Source: an uncultured Caldilineaceae bacterium (GTDB lineage: Bacteria > Chloroflexota > Anaerolineae > Caldilineales > Caldilineaceae). Taken from it: a stretch of DNA of 64,000 bases. The notes beneath the pieces were generated by a model, which was not told where the DNA came from, ran no database searches, and was given only the letters and a program-made list of their open reading frames with translations. Where the stretch lies: NCBI GenBank assembly GCA_958295915.1, contig OY282381.1, positions 144,722-208,721 on the forward strand. The letters are read 5' to 3'. A program made the position numbers and the translations under genes. Shown in pieces: positions 36,781 to 47,385 of this stretch. The first letter of the stretch is position 1, and each line of letters opens with the position of its first letter.

Positions 36781-37551
36781 ATGCAGGATTCAGTTCCCAC
36801 CTCGTCTAATAACAGGTCTAAACGCATGGACGCAGCCCGCCGGTACGATCTGACGACGGATCCGATCTTTTATGTTACCTGCGGGCTTTTTGCCCTACTC
36901 ACAACAGTTCTGCCTGCCGCTATGGGGCAGCCGAATTTCCTGCCGATTGCGCAGACCTTGGCCCTCACTATTTTTCTAGCGATTCCTCTGCGCCGGGGAA
37001 GGGTGGACCGGGGGATCCGGGCGCTCATCGTATGGTTGACCCTGCAACTGCTGATCATGATTGTAGGCACTGCGCTGCTGCCGCGGGTCTTTGAGCGGGC
37101 GATCCATGATGGTTTTGGCTATCACAGGGCGCTGATAGAGTGGTCTGTTACCGGTCGGGGGCTCCCCGGCTGGCTTCTGCATAGCCCGTTGTCCCGACTT
37201 GGCGAAATCGTCGGCGTTTTGCTGGGCAGCCTGCTTTCGGCTGGCCTGGTCGGACTCTGGTTTCTCTTGCGCGCGCTGAATCAGTTCGGCTATGCGGCGG
37301 GACGTATGGCCCTGGAGACCTCGCCAGGGCTTCTACTAGGCCTGATGCCCTGGCGGCTGGTCACATTCGCCGGCTATGTCGGTTTCATATCTTTGCTGGC
37401 CCAGCCGCTATTGAACAACAACTGGAGTCCCATTTTCTATCTTACACACCAGCGCCGTCTGGTACTCACGTCCACAACTCTTATTGCTCTCGGCCTGCTG
37501 TTGGAACTGATGCTGCCAGGGCTGTGGCGGATCCTCTGGGCGCCGCCTTGA
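36781..37551 (+). CDS. Hypothetical multi-pass membrane protein
   Basis: Five to six hydrophobic segments and no recognised motif. ATG 36781 chosen over the longer ORF at 36619, which overlaps the divergent gene. Confidence 0.55.
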   Translation: MQDSVPTSSNNRSKRMDAARRYDLTTDPIFYVTCGLFALLTTVLPAAMGQPNFLPIAQTLALTIFLAIPLRRGRVDRGIRALIVWLTLQLLIMIVGTALLPRVFERAIHDGFGYHRALIEWSVTGRGLPGWLLHSPLSRLGEIVGVLLGSLLSAGLVGLWFLLRALNQFGYAAGRMALETSPGLLLGLMPWRLVTFAGYVGFISLLAQPLLNNNWSPIFYLTHQRRLVLTSTTLIALGLLLELMLPGLWRILWAPP

Positions 37552-37642
37552 GCTATCGGCCGTGTGGGGCCTATCTGACCGCCGCGCCGCGCAAGAGAAT
37601 GCAAGGCACAGATAAGGTGTACCGTCCCATATCACCTCTCCT

Positions 37643-40600
37643 ATGCTTCGTATCAAACGAGTCGTCATAAAAGGGTTCAAGACATTTGCCCAGCAAACGG
37701 AGTTCGTCTTCGATCCGGGCGTGACAGCAATCGTCGGGCCAAACGGCAGCGGCAAGAGCAATGTGGCCGATGCCGTTCGCTGGTGTCTGGGCGAACAAAG
37801 TTTCGGCTTGCTACGCTCGAAGAAAACTGTCGATGTAATCTTCTCCGGCAGTGACAAACGAGCCAGACTGGGCATGGCAATGGTGAGCCTTGTGCTGGAC
37901 AACAGCGCTGGCGAACTCCACATCGACTTCAGCGAGGTGGAGATCACCCGTCGGGCCTACCGGGATGGGGACAATGAATATCTGCTCAACGGCCAGCGGG
38001 CGCGTTTGCAAGACATCACCCAACTTCTAGCCCCTGGTGGGCTGGGCAAACGTATGTATGCCGTGATCGGCCAGGGGTTGATCGACAGGGCGCTCAACCT
38101 GAAGCCGGAGGAACGACGCGCGCTTTTTGAAGAGGCTGCTGGCATCACCGGCTATCAGCAGAAGCGCGCCGCCGCCCTGCGCCGGTTGGAGGCCACACAG
38201 CAAAACCTTGAACGGGCGCATGATATCCTCACAGAACTCTCGCCCCGGCTACACTACCTTAAGCGTCAGGCCGATCGCGCGCGGGAGCGGCAACAGGTGG
38301 AAACAGATCTGAAAGACCTGCTCCATACCTGGTACGGCTACCGTTGGCGCCGCGCCCTTACGAGGCTGCAAGAGGCCCGCCTGAAGGTTCAACAGGACGA
38401 GCGCGCCACCCAAAATCGCCTCCAGCGCCTGGCTGATGTCACCGCCCTCATCGGCTCCCTGCGCGCCCGCCGGACCAGCCTTCGGGTCAAACTGAATGAG
38501 CGGCGCCTGATCATCAGCGCCTGCGGCCAGCAGGCCGAGGAAGTGAGTCGCCGTCTGGCCGTGACCCAAGAACGTCACCGGCAGACCGTCGCCCGACACA
38601 AGGAACAGAAAAGAGAATGCAGCGAACTGCGCACGGAGCGAAAGGCCATCGAAGCTCGCCTGACGATCCTCGGCGCAGAAGTGGAAGAGGCTCAGAACCT
38701 ACGCCACGAGAGTCAGAATGCGCTGGAGCGTCTGCAAAGCCGGCTGTCTGAACGGAAGCGAGAGCAGAGCGTCTACCAGCAGCGCCGGCGGGAGACGGAG
38801 AACGCTCTACATGAGATCGAGAAGCGTATCACCGACCGGCGCAGCCGGCTGGAACAGCTGGCCGAACGCCGGGATACTATGAAGCGGACGCTGGCTCAGG
38901 CACAGGAACGAATTTCCGCAGCCCAGCAAGCTGCGGACCACGCGGCCGCCACCCTATCTACGGCAGAGGCGGATAGCGTGGAACACGGCGCGCAGCTAGA
39001 AGAGACCCAGAGCGCAATCGCTGCCCCCACACAGCGGATCGCGGCGCTTGACAGCGCCCTCTGGAAGGAGGAAGAGGGCCGGCAACAGGCGGAGCGGGAC
39101 GTTGTGCGGATACAGACTCGACTCGATCTCTTGCAACCCCTCCTGCATGAAAAATCTTATGCCAGCGGTGTGCGCTCAGTTTTACAGGCCTCTCAGAGCG
39201 GCGAACTGAATGGAATTCTGGGCACTGTCGCTTCTCAACTCTACGTGCCGGCCCGACTGGAACGGGCGATTGAGGTGGCATTGGGAGGGGCATTGCAGAA
39301 TGTGATCACACGCACATGGCAGGATGCGCAGGATGCCATCGAACAGTTGAAGCGTTCCGCAGGCGGACGCGCAACATTTCTACCTCTGGATCGGCTGCGG
39401 GCCGGCGAGCCGATTCCGGCGCCCAAACAGGCCGGCATTCAGGGCAATGCCAAAGAGTTAGTCAACTTCTGCCCCCACGTAGCTCCGGCCATGGAGCAAC
39501 TTTTGCAGCGAGTGTGGATCGCCGACGATTTGACCGCGGCCCGTCAGGCGCTGGATACACATGCGGACGCCAGGCGCCCTGGGCGCCGCGCCAACGCCGC
39601 CAAGAAGGCTTCATCGTCCCAAGGAAGATGGAAGGGCGCGCTGTCCCAGCCGACGGTCGTTACCCTCGACGGTGAAATTATACGGCCTGGCGGCGCGGTC
39701 ACCGGCGGCAACGACAACCGCAAGCGGCAGGGCTCAGTGCTGGCCAGGGAGCGAGAAATGCGAGAGTTGCCGCTCAGGTTGGCGCGGGCCACAGAAAAGG
39801 TTCGCCTGGCTGCGGACAACGCCCTTGCCATCCGCCGACAGATCGAAGAACAACGGCAGCTTCGGGATGCTTTGGAAGAGCGGAGAAATGGGCTTCTCCA
39901 CGCGGCTCGACAGCGGCAAGAGACGCTGGAACAGATCAGGTTGACAGCAGCCCAGGCCCGACAGGCAGCCAATTGGCACACACAGCTATTCATCCAATCC
40001 CAGCAAAACCTTGCCGAACTGAAGCCCCAGGAGGAGGAGTTGCAAAGGGAGCTGAATGAGCTCATTGCCTCTCGCCAGGCCGCGCGCCACCGGGCCAGGT
40101 TGGCAGAACAGGCGAACCCATTCCCCCGACTCGATGCGTTGCTGCGCCAGTTGGCGGACCTACGCGCGGCGGCGGCCGAAGCCCAGGGCCACCTGAACAG
40201 CCGTCGCGCGGTTCTGGCGGAGCAGCGGCACACACTGGAACGGACCGACAGCCAATTCCAATCAAAATCCCAGCGTTTGGATGATCTGCGGCAGGAGACG
40301 GGGCGGCTTCTTGAGGAGATCGAGGAGATCTCTGTGGGCGAGCGCTCGTTGCGTGCGGAGATCTCCCGCCTGCAGCAGGAGATAGAGCCATTCGAGACGG
40401 AACTCCAGCAGTTGGAGGCAGAGCAGGCGCAGGCAGAGGCAGAAGAACGCCCAATGCAGCAGTTGCTCCGTCAGGACGAAACAACCCGGAATCTGTCCCT
40501 GCTCGCCCTGCGGCGCGCGGAAGATCGGCTGGAAAATCTGCGCCGCGAGATTCGCCAGGATTTCGGCCTGGCTGAGTTGGAAGAAGTAGAAGAATTGGCC

Positions 40601-41329
40601 TGTCAACCGCCCTTGTCTTTGCAGGCATTGGTGACCCAACTGCCGATCGTGGATCAGCTGCCGCCAGGATTGGACGATGAGGTGAGCGAGACCCGCGCCC
40701 GGTTACGGCGCTTGAACAATGTCAATACGGAAGCGCCGAAAGAGTACGAACAGGCGGCGGAACGCCATCGCTTTCTTCAGATACAAGCGGATGATCTGGA
40801 GAAGGCAGCCCGTGACGTACGCCTGGTCATCCGGGAGTTGGATGTCCGCATGGAACGGGAGCTGCGCCGGACATTTGACGCTGTCTCCAGTGAGTTCGCG
40901 CATTTCTTCAGACTGCTTCTTCAGGGAGGTACGGCCCAACTTTCGATCACCGATCCAGACGATATCCTCAACACTGGTATCGAAATCGTGGCCCGTCCGC
41001 CAGGCAAGCGCCCTCAAAGCCTGGAGCTGCTTTCTGGCGGTGAACGTTCCCTGACAGCCTGTGCCCTGGTGTTTGCCATCCTGCGAGTCAGTCCAACACC
41101 GTTCTGTGTGCTGGACGAAGTGGACGCGACTCTGGATGAGGCCAACGTGGACCGCTTCCGAGTGGCGCTGGAAACCCTAAGCTCTCATACCCAATTCATT
41201 CTGATTACCCACAACCGGCGCACTCTCGAAGGGGCGAACAGCATTTACGGCATTACAATGGGTGACGATGGCGTCAGTCGGGTGATCAGCCTGCGGCTGG
41301 ACGGTGACCAAATGGTGGAAACCAGCTAG
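37643..41329 (+). CDS. smc: Chromosome segregation protein SMC
   Basis: Walker [10 protein letters not shown], long coiled coils, a hinge, signature [10 protein letters not shown] and Walker [13 protein letters not shown]. 1228 aa. Confidence 0.95.
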   Translation: MLRIKRVVIKGFKTFAQQTEFVFDPGVTAIVGPNGSGKSNVADAVRWCLGEQSFGLLRSKKTVDVIFSGSDKRARLGMAMVSLVLDNSAGELHIDFSEVEITRRAYRDGDNEYLLNGQRARLQDITQLLAPGGLGKRMYAVIGQGLIDRALNLKPEERRALFEEAAGITGYQQKRAAALRRLEATQQNLERAHDILTELSPRLHYLKRQADRARERQQVETDLKDLLHTWYGYRWRRALTRLQEARLKVQQDERATQNRLQRLADVTALIGSLRARRTSLRVKLNERRLIISACGQQAEEVSRRLAVTQERHRQTVARHKEQKRECSELRTERKAIEARLTILGAEVEEAQNLRHESQNALERLQSRLSERKREQSVYQQRRRETENALHEIEKRITDRRSRLEQLAERRDTMKRTLAQAQERISAAQQAADHAAATLSTAEADSVEHGAQLEETQSAIAAPTQRIAALDSALWKEEEGRQQAERDVVRIQTRLDLLQPLLHEKSYASGVRSVLQASQSGELNGILGTVASQLYVPARLERAIEVALGGALQNVITRTWQDAQDAIEQLKRSAGGRATFLPLDRLRAGEPIPAPKQAGIQGNAKELVNFCPHVAPAMEQLLQRVWIADDLTAARQALDTHADARRPGRRANAAKKASSSQGRWKGALSQPTVVTLDGEIIRPGGAVTGGNDNRKRQGSVLAREREMRELPLRLARATEKVRLAADNALAIRRQIEEQRQLRDALEERRNGLLHAARQRQETLEQIRLTAAQARQAANWHTQLFIQSQQNLAELKPQEEELQRELNELIASRQAARHRARLAEQANPFPRLDALLRQLADLRAAAAEAQGHLNSRRAVLAEQRHTLERTDSQFQSKSQRLDDLRQETGRLLEEIEEISVGERSLRAEISRLQQEIEPFETELQQLEAEQAQAEAEERPMQQLLRQDETTRNLSLLALRRAEDRLENLRREIRQDFGLAELEEVEELACQPPLSLQALVTQLPIVDQLPPGLDDEVSETRARLRRLNNVNTEAPKEYEQAAERHRFLQIQADDLEKAARDVRLVIRELDVRMERELRRTFDAVSSEFAHFFRLLLQGGTAQLSITDPDDILNTGIEIVARPPGKRPQSLELLSGGERSLTACALVFAILRVSPTPFCVLDEVDATLDEANVDRFRVALETLSSHTQFILITHNRRTLEGANSIYGITMGDDGVSRVISLRLDGDQMVETS

Positions 41330-41361
41330 CTGCGGAGCCGACGCCCACAATCGCCATGTAT

Positions 41362-41430
41362 CAGAAATTAGGAATTATTCAATTCATAATTCATAATTCA
41401 TAATTCGTAATTTGTGATTCGTAATTGACC
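41362..41430. repeat. AT-rich repeat family E (GAAATTAGGAATTATTCAATTCATAATTCATAATTCATAATTCGTAATTTGTGATTCGTAATT)
   Basis: Array of ATAATTCRT-like 9-mers immediately upstream of the gene at 41445. A second copy lies at 44763-44805. Confidence 0.8.
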
Positions 41431-41444
41431 AACGGAGCGTGGAG

Positions 41445-43091
41445 ATGAACAGAGTACATCCACTGATTCGAGTGGGCGGCCCGATTTTGGGCGTTCTCAT
41501 TCTCATTTATGTGATCAACGCCGGTGTAAGAAGATTCCAGGCGGATTTGAAAGCGGCCAGTGATGCCGAACGAGTGGCAACGCTGGCCGCCGCGGCCCAG
41601 TCGGAAGCTGAATCTGAAACAGAAACGCCCTCTTCCACAGCCCCGCCACAGGTCGAATCTACACAAGAAGAAGCCGTTACAGAGAGGGTCTTCTTCCTCC
41701 AGCCGACCGACCGCGCCACGGTTTCGTCACCACTGGAGATCGTGATGGAGGCCACCGGGCTGGTGGTCGAACCATCCGGCGAAGTGAATGAGGGGGCCGG
41801 GCACTTTCACATTCTTGTGGACACGGATTTCACGCCTGCGGGCGAAGTCATCATCACTGACGAACAGCATCTCCACTTTGGCAAAGGCCAATTGACCGCC
41901 ACCCTCGACCTGACGCCCGGCGAGCACACGCTGCGCTTGCAGTTCGCCGACGGCGCGCACACCGCCTTGGAGGGCGCGCAGTTCCAGGACACGATCACCG
42001 TCTTTGTGGAAGAGAGCGCGGCTCAGCAATCCGTGCGCTTTGTCCAGCCGACCGACCGCGCCACGGTTTCGTCACCGCTGGAGATCGTGATGGAGGCCAC
42101 CGGGCTGGTGGTCGAACCATCCGGCGAAGTGAATGAGGGGGCTGGACATTTCCACATTCTCGTGGACACGGATTTCACGCCTGCGGGCGAAGTCATCATC
42201 ACTGACGAACAGCATCTCCACTTTGGCAAAGGCCAATTGACCGCCACCCTCGACCTGGCGCCCGGCGAGCACACGCTGCGCTTGCAGTTCGCCGACGGCG
42301 CGCACACCGCCTTGGAGGGCGCGCAGTTCCAGGACACGATCACCGTCTTTGTGGAAGAGAGCGCGGCTCAGCAATCCGTGCGCTTTGTCCAGCCGACCGA
42401 CCGCGCCACGGTTTCGTCACCGCTGGAGATCGTGATGGAGGCCACCGGGCTGGTGGTCGAACCATCCGGCGAAGTGCGCGAGGGGGCTGGACATTTCCAC
42501 ATTCTTGTGGACACGGATTTCACGCCTGCGGGCGAAATCATCATCACTGACGAACAGCATCTCCACTTTGGCAAAGGCCAATTGACCGCCACCCTTGACC
42601 TGACGCCCGGCGAGCACACGCTGCGCTTGCAGTTCGCCGACGGCGCGCACACTGCCTTGGAGGGAGATGTCTATCGCGATCAGATTGTGATTGTAGTCAG
42701 CGCAGAGAGCCAGACCGAGACCGCTGGACAAGAACAAGCGCCCGTTGAATCTCTGCCGCAAGAGATAATCGATCTGGCCATCGCCGCTATGATCAAGACC
42801 GGCTGTAATAGCTGCCACATCACCCCTGGGCTGCCTAATGCGGCCGCCACCATGCTTGGCCCCGATCAGTCGAACATGGGCGTAGTGGCTGGTAGCCGCA
42901 TAGATGGCTATACAGCAGAGGAGTACATTCGCGAGTCGATTCTGTTGCCAAGCGCATTCATCGCTCCGGAATGTCCGATGGGGGTGGGGATGTGTCTCGA
43001 AGTAATGCCCCAGAATTACGGCGATCTGCTCACCGTGGAAGAATTGGACGCCATCGTCGCCTATTTGTTGACGCTCAAGTCTGAGCCGTAG
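41445..43091 (+). CDS. Membrane-anchored protein with 3 x DUF4399-like repeats and a C-terminal class I cytochrome c domain
   Basis: N-terminal TM. Three 115-aa units containing GAGHFHILVD. C-terminal heme motif CNSCH with downstream EVMPQNYG and AIVAYLLTLK. Confidence 0.8.
   Translation: MNRVHPLIRVGGPILGVLILIYVINAGVRRFQADLKAASDAERVATLAAAAQSEAESETETPSSTAPPQVESTQEEAVTERVFFLQPTDRATVSSPLEIVMEATGLVVEPSGEVNEGAGHFHILVDTDFTPAGEVIITDEQHLHFGKGQLTATLDLTPGEHTLRLQFADGAHTALEGAQFQDTITVFVEESAAQQSVRFVQPTDRATVSSPLEIVMEATGLVVEPSGEVNEGAGHFHILVDTDFTPAGEVIITDEQHLHFGKGQLTATLDLAPGEHTLRLQFADGAHTALEGAQFQDTITVFVEESAAQQSVRFVQPTDRATVSSPLEIVMEATGLVVEPSGEVREGAGHFHILVDTDFTPAGEIIITDEQHLHFGKGQLTATLDLTPGEHTLRLQFADGAHTALEGDVYRDQIVIVVSAESQTETAGQEQAPVESLPQEIIDLAIAAMIKTGCNSCHITPGLPNAAATMLGPDQSNMGVVAGSRIDGYTAEEYIRESILLPSAFIAPECPMGVGMCLEVMPQNYGDLLTVEELDAIVAYLLTLKSEP
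41688..42722 (+). repeat. Three tandem 345-nt coding repeats, near identical
   Basis: Units start at 41688, 42033 and 42378. Units 1 and 2 differ at only about 10-15 positions by eye. Confidence 0.92.
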
Positions 43092-43158
43092 GCGTGTAGG
43101 GTCGGCGTCTCGCGCCTGCCCATTTCACTCGGTATAAAACGTATACCCAATCGAAAAA

Positions 43159-43205
43159 GTCCCCGGCGCTGCAACAAGCAGGCGCCGGGGACTTTGATTG
43201 CTTTT
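43159..43205. terminator. Bidirectional intrinsic terminator
   Basis: AAAAA-GTCCCCGGCGC-loop(12)-GCGCCGGGGAC-TTTGATTGCTTTTC, located between convergent genes. Confidence 0.75.
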
Positions 43206-43249
43206 CATCCCCTCGGATATTTGAGGAGTTCAAATTGGAAAGCAAGGAT

Positions 43250-43277
43250 TAGGGGGGCAATCCCTGTGGTTGCCCGC
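43250..43277. repeat. Family F variant hairpin (GGGGGCAATCCCTGTGGTTGCCC)
   Basis: Same motif as 53914-53943 and as 11105-11126 (reverse complement). Abuts the stop of ORF 43278..43496. Confidence 0.6.
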
Positions 43278-43496
43278 TTATCCTGACATTATCACCAAAA
43301 AGAGCACCCTGAGGAAACCAATTGAGCTAATGATGCTCACTGCCATAGCCAGGAAAAACTTCGGGCTGTATTTGTGCCTGCCGGGTTGAACCCTGCGCGC
43401 CTTCACCGGCAGCAGAGATCTCGAGCTACTCTGACTTTTTTTTGGCTTAAAGCGCTGATGGGCGCGGCGCTGAATAGCGGCGTTAAACGTCATCAT
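43278..43496 (-). CDS. Hypothetical small membrane protein (72 aa)
   Basis: Strong GGAGGG site just upstream of the ATG. Basic N-terminus followed by one TM segment. No homology recognised. Confidence 0.45.
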   Translation of the reverse strand: MMTFNAAIQRRAHQRFKPKKSQSSSRSLLPVKARRVQPGRHKYSPKFFLAMAVSIISSIGFLRVLFLVIMSG

Positions 43497-43633
43497 TGCC
43501 CTCCTCTCTATGCGCCTCTTCCTTATCCTGTTCTCTTATTGCCGTTCTAGTATACACGATCGGCGCTCGCCTGTCTATAGAACAACCGTTCTATCTTCCA
43601 CAACAACGACTATGCAAGCGTGAATTGTCTGGC

Positions 43634-43948
43634 TCAATACTGCCAGGGATCCTCCTCTTCCGGCATCTCCTCTTCATCGTCAGCGAAATCCGGGTCGCCG
43701 TCATCTACGCCGTATAGACTCTCGTCCATGTCATCCTCGAAGATCGATTCATCATCCACCCATTCCAAATCCAATTCGTCGTCCTCGTCTTCAGTCTCTG
43801 CTACGACCGACAACAGCTCATCGGCCAGTTCGATCTCATCAAAAGTAATACAGGACAGAGTTGCCAGGTCCAACTCGATTTCATCGGCGTCACACCAACC
43901 ATTCATCCAAAAGCTACAGCGCTCCTGCGGGCAGCGCACCCGGCTCAT
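43634..43948 (-). CDS. DUF1540-like Cys-motif protein with a highly acidic tail
   Basis: VRCPQERCSFWMNGWCDADEIELD...LSCITF fits the C-x4-C-x7-C-x-A-x2-I ... C-x-TF pattern I recall for DUF1540. The C-terminal 60 aa are about 50% Asp/Glu. GGGAGGG lies 6 nt upstream of ATG 43948. Confidence 0.6.
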   Translation of the reverse strand: MSRVRCPQERCSFWMNGWCDADEIELDLATLSCITFDEIELADELLSVVAETEDEDDELDLEWVDDESIFEDDMDESLYGVDDGDPDFADDEEEMPEEEDPWQY

Positions 43949-44299
43949 TCGGTTCCCTCCCATATAACGACCGGACTCAACAGTTTGATACTATCGAGTA
44001 TAGCACATTTTTTCGGGTCGTCAACCGTTTTCGAAGAATAGCCGCCAGGTAGATGCGCTCTGTACGCCGCGCTACGGCGGGAGGCTCTGGCACTATGATA
44101 TACTATTGTCACTTCATACTACAGTCGCGACCCGGGGTATTTATCCGTAACCGGTACTGCAACCCCACAGCCGACTCGTGCGTAATGGAGTACAGACAGC
44201 CGCGCCTGGCTGTCAATCTGAGGACAACGGCGTCTGACAGGCTATTACTGACAGACTATTACTGGCGAATTCATTCACAAACCGTTCAAGGTGACAAAC

Positions 44300-44668
44300 A
44301 TGGGTACAGTCGGCAATATTATATGGCTCATTTTCGGCGGTCTGATCGTCGGGCTGGTGTATATCTTTGGTGGGATGCTGCTTTGCATTACAATCATCGG
44401 CATTCCCTTCGGGCTGCAATCGATGAAACTCGGCGTTGCTACCTTCGCGCCTTTTGGCAAGGAAGTTGTCGAGGTGAGCGATGCAAACAGCACGTTGCGC
44501 GTTCTTTTCAATCTGCTGTGGCTGGTGCTGTTCGGCTGGGAGATTGCGCTGGCGCATCTGTTCTCAGCGCTGGTTCTCACTATCACAATTGTGGGAATCC
44601 CCTTCGCCAAACAGCATATCAAGCTGATCCCGCTCTCCCTCTTCCCGTTCGGGCGCCATCTACAATAG
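44300..44668 (+). CDS. yccF: YccF-family inner membrane protein
   Basis: Duplicated IIGIPFG / IVGIPFA motifs. Start is either ATG 44300 or GTG 44291. Confidence 0.85.
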   Translation: MGTVGNIIWLIFGGLIVGLVYIFGGMLLCITIIGIPFGLQSMKLGVATFAPFGKEVVEVSDANSTLRVLFNLLWLVLFGWEIALAHLFSALVLTITIVGIPFAKQHIKLIPLSLFPFGRHLQ

Positions 44669-44762
44669 ATCATTACAATAGACCATTACAATAGACCATT
44701 CGCAAATCTCTACGCATTTTCGCTTTGGTTCTCTCCAGATTTTTCATGCTCCCCGCGCCTAC

Positions 44763-44805
44763 CGAAATTAGGAATTGTTCAATTCGTAATTCATAATTCG
44801 TATGG
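44763..44805. repeat. AT-rich repeat family E, second copy, upstream of the mrp operon
   Basis: CGAAATTAGGAATTGTTCAATTCGTAATTCATAATTCGTATGG. Confidence 0.8.
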
Positions 44806-44847
44806 GTGCAATGATGGCATACAGTCAAGGAGTGGTTTGAACAGAGA

Positions 44848-47385
44848 ATGTTAGCAGCGTCCATCGGTCTCTTGCTGACAAGCGGATTGATCCTCTACCT
44901 GTTGCGCCCGGAGCGGCGTGCGTGGGCCGGCTGGTTGGCCGCGCTGCCACCGCTGGCGGTCACCGTCTGGCAGGTGGATGTATCCGCTGCGTCAGTTTTC
45001 GGCTGGGGCGCCGCGGCAAAGCCAAGCCTTCTTGATCTACAGAATGGCGCAATCCAGGCTGAACGGTACAACTGGGTCGAAAGCCTGGGGATGGTTCTTT
45101 CCTTCCGCCTGGATGGCCTTTCTCTCCTTTTTGGGCTGATCATCACCGGCATCGGCGCTGTGGTTGCCCTCTACACCCACTACTATCTGGAAAACGACGA
45201 GCGCCAAGGCTATTTCTACCTGTCTCTGTTCGCGTTTATGGCCTCGATGTTAGGGATAGTCTGGGCGGACAATCTGCTGACTCTTTTCGTATTTTGGGAA
45301 GGCACCAGCGTCACCAGCTATCTGCTCATCGGCTACAGCCATCAATCGGCAGCTGCCAGAGGCGGCGCGCGCAACGCCTTCATCATCACCGCGGCCGGTG
45401 GGCTGGCTCTGCTGGTGGGTCTGATTCTGTTGGGACAGGAGGCCGGCAGCTATACGATCAGCGCGATCATCAGCCGCCCTGGGCTGACCGACTCACCGCT
45501 CTATCCGGCCATTCTGATTCTGATTCTGCTGGGCGCGTTCACAAAGTCCGCCCAATTTCCCTTTCACTGGTGGCTGCCCGGGGCAATGGCCGCGCCAACG
45601 CCTGCCAGCGCCTATCTGCACTCGGCCACCATGGTGAAGGCCGGCATCTATCTTCTGGCCCGCCTGCACCCAGCTCTCAGCGACTCCCCACTGTGGCTAT
45701 GGGCGCTTCTCGTCTGTGGCGGCATTACGATGCTTCTGGGCGCGGTCATTGCCATCCGCCATTGGGATATGAAAGCCCTGCTGGCCTATGCCACGGTCAG
45801 CCAACTGGGCATCCTCACCACCTTGCTGGCCTTCCGCAGCGAGGCTGCGCTGCTTGCAGTCGTCGCCGGCGTCTTGGCCCATGCGCTCTACAAAGGGCCT
45901 CTCTTTCTGGTAGCGGGCATCGTCGATCACGCTACCGGCAGCAGGGATTTGAGGCGACTGGCCGGCCTGTGGCGCGCGTTGCCCCTCACGTCCGCTGTAG
46001 CCATTTTTGCGGGGCTGTCCATGGCCGGTTTTCCGCCGCTCTTTGGTTTCGTCACCAAAGAGGCCCTGTTGGAAGGGTTCCTGAAAGCAGGCGAGCACGG
46101 AGACGCGGCCGGCTGGGTCGCCCTTGGCGCCGCAGTCATAGCAGGGGCGTTTGCCGTCGCATACAGCCTGACACTCCTATGGGAAGCGTTTCTACGGCCA
46201 GATGTCGCCGACGACCAGGGAGATGCGCCGCTGACGCCGGCGGGACGCCTGCGGGCCCAGGGGGTCCAAGTCCACCACGCGCCGGCCGCGCCGTTCGTCG
46301 CCGCGCCGCTGGTTCTGGTGGCGTGTGGGACGGTAGCGCCCTTTGTTTTGCAACCATTGGCTGCTCTGATTACGCCAGCTGCGGCAGCCATCTACGGCGG
46401 ACCTGTGCAAAAATATGTGGCTCTCTGGCATGGATTTACGCCGGCGTTGCTGCTAAGCCTGTTCGCCATTGCCCTGGGTGTCGGGCTGTTTCTTAACAGA
46501 TCCTTCCTGCGCCGGGCGTTGAACCTGCTACCCGATGGGCTACGGGGCGTTGTGTTGTTCCAAAACATCCTGGACGGCATCTACGCGTTGGGCCAGATTA
46601 CCGCCCGGTTTTCACAGGGCTACACATTGGCTACGCAGGTGGCCATCGTTCTGCTTGCGGCCTTTGTGCCGGTGGTAGCGGCCCTGCGCTACATCCCCTT
46701 GAACGCCCTGATGCCGGCAAAGGAGCCGTCTCTGGGGGCGCCGGAGACGATTCTGGTTTTGCTGACGGTCGTGTCGGCCTACGTCACGGTGCGGGCCCGC
46801 ACGCGATTGGGCGCAATCATCAGCCTGGGCGTTGTCGGCGTCACTGTGACGCTGTTTTACATTTTCTTCAGCGCGCCGGATCTGGCGCTGACACAGTTGC
46901 TGATCGAAGTGCTGACCCTCGTGCTACTGGTGCTGGTATTTACGAAATTGCCGCCCGATACGCGGCCGCCCATGCAGAGGATAAAACAGGCGCGCACTAT
47001 ACTGGTGGCGCTCGCCGCCGGCGCCTTCGGCTTTTTTCTCGTGCTGTTCAATAGCAGCGAGGCCATGCAGGCTGCGCAGTCCATCAGCGGATACTTTCTG
47101 GAAAATGCTGTGCCCGGCGGCCACGGCGCCAATGTAGTCAATGTCATACTGGTTGATTTCCGTGGTTTCGATACAATGGGCGAAATCACCGTCTTGGCCC
47201 TGGCGGCTCTCGGCGGCTATGCGCTGCTGCATGCCCCACGCGTGCATCTGCCGGACGAAAAGCAGTCGAGACGCCTGCGCGCCCAAGGAGGGTCTGCAAT
47301 CGCAGGCGGCTCGCCTGCGATTGCAGACCCTGCAAAAGAGGAAATGGAAGAAGAACCCACAAACCTATCTGCCAATTCGGGCTGA
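44848..47385 (+). CDS. mrpA: Na+/H+ antiporter subunit A (MrpA/MnhA)
   Basis: NuoL-like proton-pumping domain (WEGTSVTSYLLIGY) plus a C-terminal MrpB-like domain. First gene of a seven-gene mrp cluster. Confidence 0.92.
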   Translation: MLAASIGLLLTSGLILYLLRPERRAWAGWLAALPPLAVTVWQVDVSAASVFGWGAAAKPSLLDLQNGAIQAERYNWVESLGMVLSFRLDGLSLLFGLIITGIGAVVALYTHYYLENDERQGYFYLSLFAFMASMLGIVWADNLLTLFVFWEGTSVTSYLLIGYSHQSAAARGGARNAFIITAAGGLALLVGLILLGQEAGSYTISAIISRPGLTDSPLYPAILILILLGAFTKSAQFPFHWWLPGAMAAPTPASAYLHSATMVKAGIYLLARLHPALSDSPLWLWALLVCGGITMLLGAVIAIRHWDMKALLAYATVSQLGILTTLLAFRSEAALLAVVAGVLAHALYKGPLFLVAGIVDHATGSRDLRRLAGLWRALPLTSAVAIFAGLSMAGFPPLFGFVTKEALLEGFLKAGEHGDAAGWVALGAAVIAGAFAVAYSLTLLWEAFLRPDVADDQGDAPLTPAGRLRAQGVQVHHAPAAPFVAAPLVLVACGTVAPFVLQPLAALITPAAAAIYGGPVQKYVALWHGFTPALLLSLFAIALGVGLFLNRSFLRRALNLLPDGLRGVVLFQNILDGIYALGQITARFSQGYTLATQVAIVLLAAFVPVVAALRYIPLNALMPAKEPSLGAPETILVLLTVVSAYVTVRARTRLGAIISLGVVGVTVTLFYIFFSAPDLALTQLLIEVLTLVLLVLVFTKLPPDTRPPMQRIKQARTILVALAAGAFGFFLVLFNSSEAMQAAQSISGYFLENAVPGGHGANVVNVILVDFRGFDTMGEITVLALAALGGYALLHAPRVHLPDEKQSRRLRAQGGSAIAGGSPAIADPAKEEMEEEPTNLSANSG

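Noticed and set aside
37643-41329. SMC as part of a defence system (Lamassu/Wadjet-like)
   Set aside because: Its full length (1228 aa), canonical Walker A, signature and Walker B motifs and hinge architecture fit housekeeping SMC. There are no adjacent nuclease, kleisin-like JetA/B or LmuA-type partner genes.
44053-44694. 213-aa plus-strand ORF overlapping yccF in another frame
   Set aside because: The YccF frame shows the duplicated IIGIPFG/IVGIPFA signature. The longer ORF has no motif and begins in the AT-richer spacer.
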